From NCBI GenBank assembly GCA_964016885.1, contig OZ024745.1, forward strand, positions 33,976,001 through 34,040,000: 64,000 bases of DNA. Direction: 5' to 3'. Source of the stretch: Eledone cirrhosa. Its lineage: Eukaryota. Both the position numbers and the translations under genes were made by a program. Shown here in pieces: positions 56,535 to 64,000 of the stretch (the stretch's first letter is position 1; each line of letters opens with the position of its first letter). The notes beneath the pieces are model-generated. The model saw nothing but the letters and a program-made list of their open reading frames with translations. It searched no databases and had not been told where the DNA came from.

Positions 56535-58972
56535 AATAATGAAAGGTAAAGCTGACCTCAATGGATTTGAACTCATAAGGCGTAAAGCTATTACCTGGCT
56601 CTTAAATCCTGATTGAGCAGTAGGGGAGCCGTGGGGTTATTTAAGGTTGACAGTACCCATTCAACTCCAAATATGAAGACATCCGATTTCTACCCGAGAG
56701 AAAGGGAGGGAATAATCGACTCCAGTATTGGACTGGTACTTTATTTATCGATCTTGAAATTATGATAAACAATGTTGAGCAGGGCAAGATTTGCTATGAG
56801 AAAGTAGAGACATGAACTAATATTGCACAGCATTCTATCCAACCTTCTAACGGATCAAATACCACAAGCCACTTAGATCTATAAGAATTCTATCAATGTG
56901 TTGTGTTAAGTGATATTGTGTCGGATTTTAATTATGTAGAAAATGCGATGTGCCAGTTATGTAGTTTGTTCATAGATTATTGGTTGGTGTCTGTGTAGAA
57001 TGCGAGTCACGTAAATCGGCACCCCTTCGTGTACAGAATAAGAGGTCATGAGGTTGGTGGTTTAAAACAAGGCACATCGGCGAAACGCGTGACAAGAGCC
57101 ACTTGAAAACTTTTTCTCGGAAGTAGGAGACACATGGCCTAAGGATTATTGTGTTGGATTTGCGATCATCAGCTCGTGGATTCCAGTCAGTGCGTTGTGT
57201 TCTTGAGTAAAACACTTCCTTTCACGCTGCTTTTCATGGTACGGCTGGGAGTAGCTCCCATTAAAACAGGAAGTCGACTAGAAAATTTGATAAGAAACCA
57301 ACTTATAAACAGCCGGGGGCTCCCTGCTAATAGGTAGTATCTCCCCCACCCTATCAATTTGGTAGTCATTTCGGAAGATATGTTTTTAGTACTATCTTCT
57401 ACGACTAACAGTCTACTTCAGCCAACCGTTCAGTTTAAATGATATTTTTCTTTAAAACCTATTTGAATTATATACCAAATGGTGATCGAAAATTGTATCT
57501 TGTTAATCCTCGCTCTCTCTTTCTCTGTGTCTCTGCACATGCACATACACGCACACACAAACATATTGAAATACATACACGCACAAGTAGACACACACAC
57601 ACACACACATTTAGAACTATAATACCAAATTTCGTTTAGTGGATATCAGCAGTTATGTCACAAAGTTTTAATGTGTCACGTTTGAAAAAATTGATATATT
57701 TTTGTTGTATTTTAATTGATTTTTCTTTAGTCATATTTGTATCAGTTATCTGTTATATAAATCTTCTATCTATCGCAATAAAACGTTATCTTGGATGGTT
57801 TAACTGTTTCTTTAAATGTTGGAGCTTCCAATGCGTTTAGGCAGATACTCTCTGTGTGTATGCGTGTGAATGAGAGAGAAAGGGGAGGGGGAGAAAGAGA
57901 GAGTTAGGGAGAGATAGAGAGAGAAGGGGTGAGAGGGAGAGAGAGATAGAGGGATAGTGATGATGGTGTTTTAACAACATTGCCGAAAATGCTTTTTAAT
58001 CCCACGTAATAAAAGTCTTTATGGAATATAAACCAAGAGGGCAACAACAATAACAACCTCAAAAACAGCAGCAAAACAATAGCAGCATCAACAACAGCAA
58101 CGGCAACAACAACGATAATAACAGCAATAATAAAAAGAATAGGAATATTAGTGTATATATTTTCATAATGCTCTTAACTTTTAACATCCTATAATGATTT
58201 TTCAGAAAATATCTAAAAAGAGGTTTGTAATTCAAATGTTTATAGCCGGATATATTTTAAGGAAATTTTAGAACTACACAGACCTTTGAGAAAAGTACCA
58301 CAGCGCAGTGTTCAATATTCGCTGAGTTTGAAAAGTATTTGCAATAGTTATTTTTAACATTTTACGATTGCTTCAAGTATTTTCTCCATCAATTACCATG
58401 TAAGCGCAGGTCGAACTTGACACAAAATGTAAACTTGCTACAAAAAATTAGCATTCGAAGTATTCAAGCGGGAGTCAACTGCACATCAAAATTCAAAATA
58501 ATCACGAGTTTATAGCGTTTTTATTAGCGGACAGAACATTGGGAAAATGTGCAATGTTAGAGTAAATAATTTAATATTTAATATAATGTAATCATAGTGC
58601 TGTTTAGTACTTTCCCAGAACGTCTTGCTAATACGGTTTCATGCAGTACGAGATGTTAAGAGTCAACTTCCTTTCTTTTTTCTTTGTGTGTGCGTATCTT
58701 TCCTAATCCTCTGAATGTACTCTACCACTAATTATCTATTCGCTTCTGTTGCATTTTTTTACATTTCACTCTATTGACATGTTAGCATTATTAACTGAAA
58801 CACTCCAGGCAGATATCTGTTAAGAGCTGGGGTGGGGTGGGTCAGCCATACACAATAGAGTGCAAATAAATAGTCCAGTGCATGTCAACCTGATAGTTTC
58901 TACTATTCTGCGTAAGTAGTAAATTGGCCGCTGTGCGCTATGCTATCCACCCTCTCTCTCTAACTCTCATTT

Positions 58973-59005
<33 letters not shown>

Positions 59006-59036
59006 ATAAATGTATATACAGATATATATGTGTATT

Positions 59037-59118
<82 letters not shown>

Positions 59119-59189
59119 ACATACGAACAAGTAACATTCAAAGACCAACCAGATGTGAGAAAAACCACAGACCCTCCATCTCAAATCTA

Positions 59190-59225
59190 CTTTTGAAAAG
59201 CAGAAGAACTGCGAAACCGGTAAAG
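59190..59225 (+). ncRNA. Degenerate minimal hammerhead
   Basis: ctt-TTGAAAA-gcag(aagaa)ctgc-GAAA-ccgg-TA-aag; two core substitutions; in an island between (AT)n runs. Confidence 0.5.
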
Positions 59226-59360
59226 GAACCAAATAAATATATATATATATTTATTTTTAAAATAAGACTCCAGTTGCATTTTCGATTTTATCTTTTTTTC
59301 TTTATACTTTCACTCGTGTAGGACACCTCGGTTATTTTTCATTTTGTAAAAAACCTTCAC

Positions 59361-59437
<77 letters not shown>

Positions 59438-59505
59438 TATAAATATACATATATATCTGTATATACATTCATACATATACATGTATACAGATCTAAATAT
59501 ATATG

Positions 59506-59611
<106 letters not shown>

Positions 59612-59657
59612 TATTTAGATCTGTATACATGTATATGTATGAATGTATATACATATA

Positions 59658-59706
<49 letters not shown>

Positions 59707-59912
59707 TTATATATATACATAGACAATTATTAAATATATAAATAGATAAATAAATGCCATTGTTAATTAATACATAAATCAACTAATACCTTAACACTTC
59801 ACACAAAGTAAAATATTTAGTTTTACTCATTTTCTAACCCAGAAAAAAAAAAAAAAAATAAAAAGGGAAAAAAATATTTTTTTCTTCCTAATAATCGTCT
59901 CTTTCTCCCTGT

Positions 59913-59962
<50 letters not shown>

Positions 59963-60178
59963 CCAATTTGTAGAAAACTTATAATGAAACGATCGTTTGG
60001 AAAGAGAGATGTATTTTAATTATGTCTCATATAAAATAATACAACTGGTCATCCGCAAAATACGTATAGTTAGCACCCCAAACGTATAATTGGGATTATA
60101 CTAAGGTATATCCAAATGTTTGTTGAGTGAGACGGAAGCCGGTCGGAGTATTGCTTAAAGCTTTCTCTGTTAATGTAT

Positions 60179-60233
<55 letters not shown>

Positions 60234-60491
60234 GTATATACATTTATACACGCATGTATATATATATACACACATATATATATATATACACATATATATA
60301 TATATATACACACATATATACATACACACATATATATATATATACACATATATATATATATACACATATATACATATACACATATATATATATATATATA
60401 CACACACATATATATATATACACACACACATATATATATATATATATACACATATATATATATACACACACACATATATATATACACACAC

Positions 60492-60717
<226 letters not shown>

Positions 60718-63274
60718 ATATATATACATATATATTTAGATCTGTTTACATGTATATGTATGAATGTATGTATGTATTTATCTATCTATCTATCTTATTT
60801 GTTCCCCCTTTGTATTTGTCCCCTTCTTTTGTGCCCCTGTGGCTAATAAAGAAACATATCTATCTTATTTGATCTGTATATATCCGCCATGCTTTCGTGT
60901 TTTCCAGTAAATCTCTACTTCTTGTAAACTGTTGACATCGCAGCTTTTACAATCTGCTGCTGTTGCTGTCACTATTGCAACTGCTGCTGTCGCTGCACTA
61001 CTACTGCATACATTTATTGCTGCTGATATTGCTGTTCTTGTTATGCAGTCTGGAAGCGATGTTTGGTATTTCTAAGGGAATTGTTATTCTCTTTCTTCAG
61101 GAACTTTCACCCCACCCCCCACTCATTTTGCGGTGTCTGTCGGTGGAAATCCTCCTTTTCTTCTTCTCCTTCTCCTTCTTCTTCTTCTTCTTCTTTCTTT
61201 TTACTTCTTTTTACTTCTGCTTCCGTCTCTTCACGCTCCATCTATTATTATTACTGTTTTCGTCGCTCTTGTCGTTTACGTTAAACCTTATTGCTGCTAC
61301 TGTGGTTGCTGAATTTCGATTTACAATCTTACAATGCCAGGTTCAATCCCACTGCCTGGCTGCTGGACAATTATCATTTACTATAGGCTCTGGTCCACCT
61401 ATGCATTATGAGTGTAATCCGACCAGCGGGAAACTATATGTAGCCTATTTCAGTAATACAAAAAGGCAGTTTTGTCACACAATATTTCACGATAATTATG
61501 TCTGAGTTTTACCTTAAGGAAACACATGTCTGTAGAATGCTTAGCCACTTGTATCAAACCTCTTCCATTGATTCAACGAAGTTCCATTAGTTTACTTCTA
61601 ACCTCTGTTGCTGCTATTTAATTGGTTGGTAGTTTATTTCCTTCAGCTATACACCAGTTGGTTACGACGATGTTTTGTTTGTACGATCAATAGGAAAGCC
61701 TGTGCGTGAAATTAACATTGAAAATACACGTGTATCCTTAACGTAGCCCAGGGAGATTCAGCGTGGCTTTGATTATTGGTACAACTAATTAATGTTTTTG
61801 TTTCTTTTGCAGCAGAATTAATAAGAGCGAACTGAATTAAAGTGTCTTGCTTAAGGACCAAACACGCCGCCCGGTAACTCAAAGGGCTAATCCGGTCTAT
61901 TGCACACACACACGCACACGCACACGCACACGCACACACACTGAGTCACATTTATTCTAACTGATAGAATATTATCAGATGTCTTGCTTATTGTTATTAC
62001 TGTTGCTATTATCAACAATGTAACTATTCATACTGTGGTAATATCATTGCCACTGTTAATATATCCCTACTGCTGCTACTGCTGCTATTGCTACTGCTAC
62101 CACTGCTGCTCTTTTTCAATACTACCTTATTTGCTATTTCTTTCTCCACAGCCTTTTCTTATAACTACCACAGTTGTTACATTTATTTTTTAATGTATTG
62201 TTGCTAATATAATGACTTCTACCACTACTGTTGTTGTTACTACTTTCTCCTGCTATTTGCTGTTGTTGTCGTTGTCACTGTCATTTTCATTGCACCCCTA
62301 ATGTTAAGATAATCAATTATCGGTGTTGTTCATGTTATTATCGTGATTGTTGTTGTCGAAATTGCTATTGTTGTTGACCAGTAGTCTTTGTTTTTGTAGT
62401 TACAGTTGCTTTAATTTGCTTTGCTCCTTAATGCTAAAACAATCACAGCAGTATTACAAATTATTGTGACATTATTATTAACGTATTGGTGTCGATTTAA
62501 TTGAATCCCCCCCCCCCCCCCCACAAAAACAAAATTGTTGGCCTTTTGTGTCAAAATCAGAAACCATTATTCTTTTTCTTGATGATGGAATCGTGAAGAC
62601 GTGCTTTTGTGAGCTCGAGTAAGTTTATTGTTTTAACATATTTAGATGGTTTTGTTACAAAGGGGGCATAAGTCTTTAGTCATTGCCCTCAAGGGGAGAC
62701 GCTTCATAATATTTGGGCCTTGGGCCTAAATATATAAACTTTCATTTTTACATTTTATAGTTACAAGCGGTTTTTGAAAAACTGGGGGCGACAGGCTCCG
62801 CTACTTATAACTAAAGCAATCAATGGTGTGCGTCACCTGACAGCGACTCAGATTCGTGTCAAAAGGTTACTACCTCCACCGCTAATAACATCACTCCTGT
62901 TAACACCACCAATACAGACAACAGTAATAGTAGCAACAACAACAAGGGTAACGACAACAAAAAGAGGAACATCAGCAACAACAACACCAACAACAATAAC
63001 AGCAACAACAACATAGTACAAGAAAACTATGAAACATTTCCCCTGCTAAATATTTCAACTCCGCCACCACCATCACAAGGACAAAAGAATATAATAACAA
63101 CAATACTAGGAAGAACACTGCCACCTCTGCTTCCAACACCACCACCAACACCACTAACACCACCAACACCACCACTGCAAGAACCAGTATAACAGAAGCA
63201 AACAACAAAAATGACAGTAACACAGACAACAACGACAACACAAGTGGCAACAACAACAATATCAGCAATAACAA

Positions 63275-63401
63275 TAATTGTTTCGACTTTTGGCACAAGC
63301 CAGTAAATTACTGGTACTTTATTTTATCGACCCCGTAAGGATGAAAGGCAAAGTTAACCTCGACGGGATTTGAACTCAGACCGTACTGCCAATTCACCGC
63401 C
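63275..63401 (-). mobile_element. Internally deleted SINE copy
   Basis: Tail, core and B-box present. Confidence 0.85.
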
Positions 63402-63459
63402 ATAACAATAATAACACCAATAATAAACACAGCACCAACATCAACAACAGCAACACAAC

Positions 63460-64000
63460 TTTTGTAGGAACGGCTGCCAAAGCTACCCAAATGTTCAATT
63501 TGGACATTTTGACAAAAGTGGCCAACCATGTCAAATTGGACAAAAATAAGGCCGACATAGGCCTCCCGCCCGATGTATTGGCAGCAACAGCCAAAAGGTC
63601 TATGACCTATAAATGTATTTACGGTTAGAGGTACAACCCTGCTTATGAGATTGAAAGAGCACTGAAAACCATATTGCCGGACATACAGCACATTGCTAGA
63701 GCCAGGAAGTTTGATATTATTTCAGTGCTTTTCAAGAGTCACTCCCTGGCGATAAAACATTCTATGGTCCCCTGCCAGACAGACAAAGTGATACTCTGGG
63801 AAGAAGGATCATAAAAGATCAGAATTGCAGGAATCCCAGCAGAGCTGAACATCTGGTAGATGCTGGTCTGCGTGGTCCTCGAGGGGACCGACACCATCTT
63901 CGAGGTGAGGAGGGCTAACTGGAGAAAACTGGTTTGGGATCAGTGTGGAGGTACCTCTCCACACCAAACCAGCAAACATGGAAAATATCCCAGACCTTAT
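63460..64000 (+). pseudogene. Degenerate coding-like segment, possibly LINE ORF1
   Basis: Manual translation: ..EIERALKTILPDIQHIARARKFDIISVLFKS..LGRRIIK/IRIAGIPAEL with stops and frameshifts; higher GC than the flanks. Confidence 0.35.

Noticed and set aside
61040-61105. CTGAAGA..stem..GAAA on the minus strand
   Set aside because: No stem III/UH or stem I closure.

Overview
AT-rich eukaryotic intergenic/intronic DNA with very dense microsatellites ((AT)n, (AC)n, (AG)n, (ATGT)n, (ATCT)n, (ATT)n). The SINE families resemble those I recall from octopus (inference; not verified by search). I can support no host protein-coding gene, and nearly all of the ORF track is microsatellite artefact. Recognisable content: two 5'-truncated Penelope-like elements (RT C-terminus + GIY-YIG) with inverted pseudo-LTRs; a 915-bp mariner with an in-frame deletion of most of the catalytic domain; a Tc2/pogo-like MITE; a non-autonomous Helitron; RTE-type LINE remnants, one with three C-terminal C2H2 fingers and one with a twin-priming inversion; and many tRNA-derived SINEs. 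The main hidden signal is that many short sequence islands inside the (AT)n runs are fold-back termini of several Penelope-type families. They carry minimal type I hammerhead ribozyme motifs: six with an intact core (6084, 13298, 19933, 20295, 21643, and the 24984/25170 pair counted once), plus degenerate and half copies. Structures were read by eye, and coordinates may be off by a few bases.
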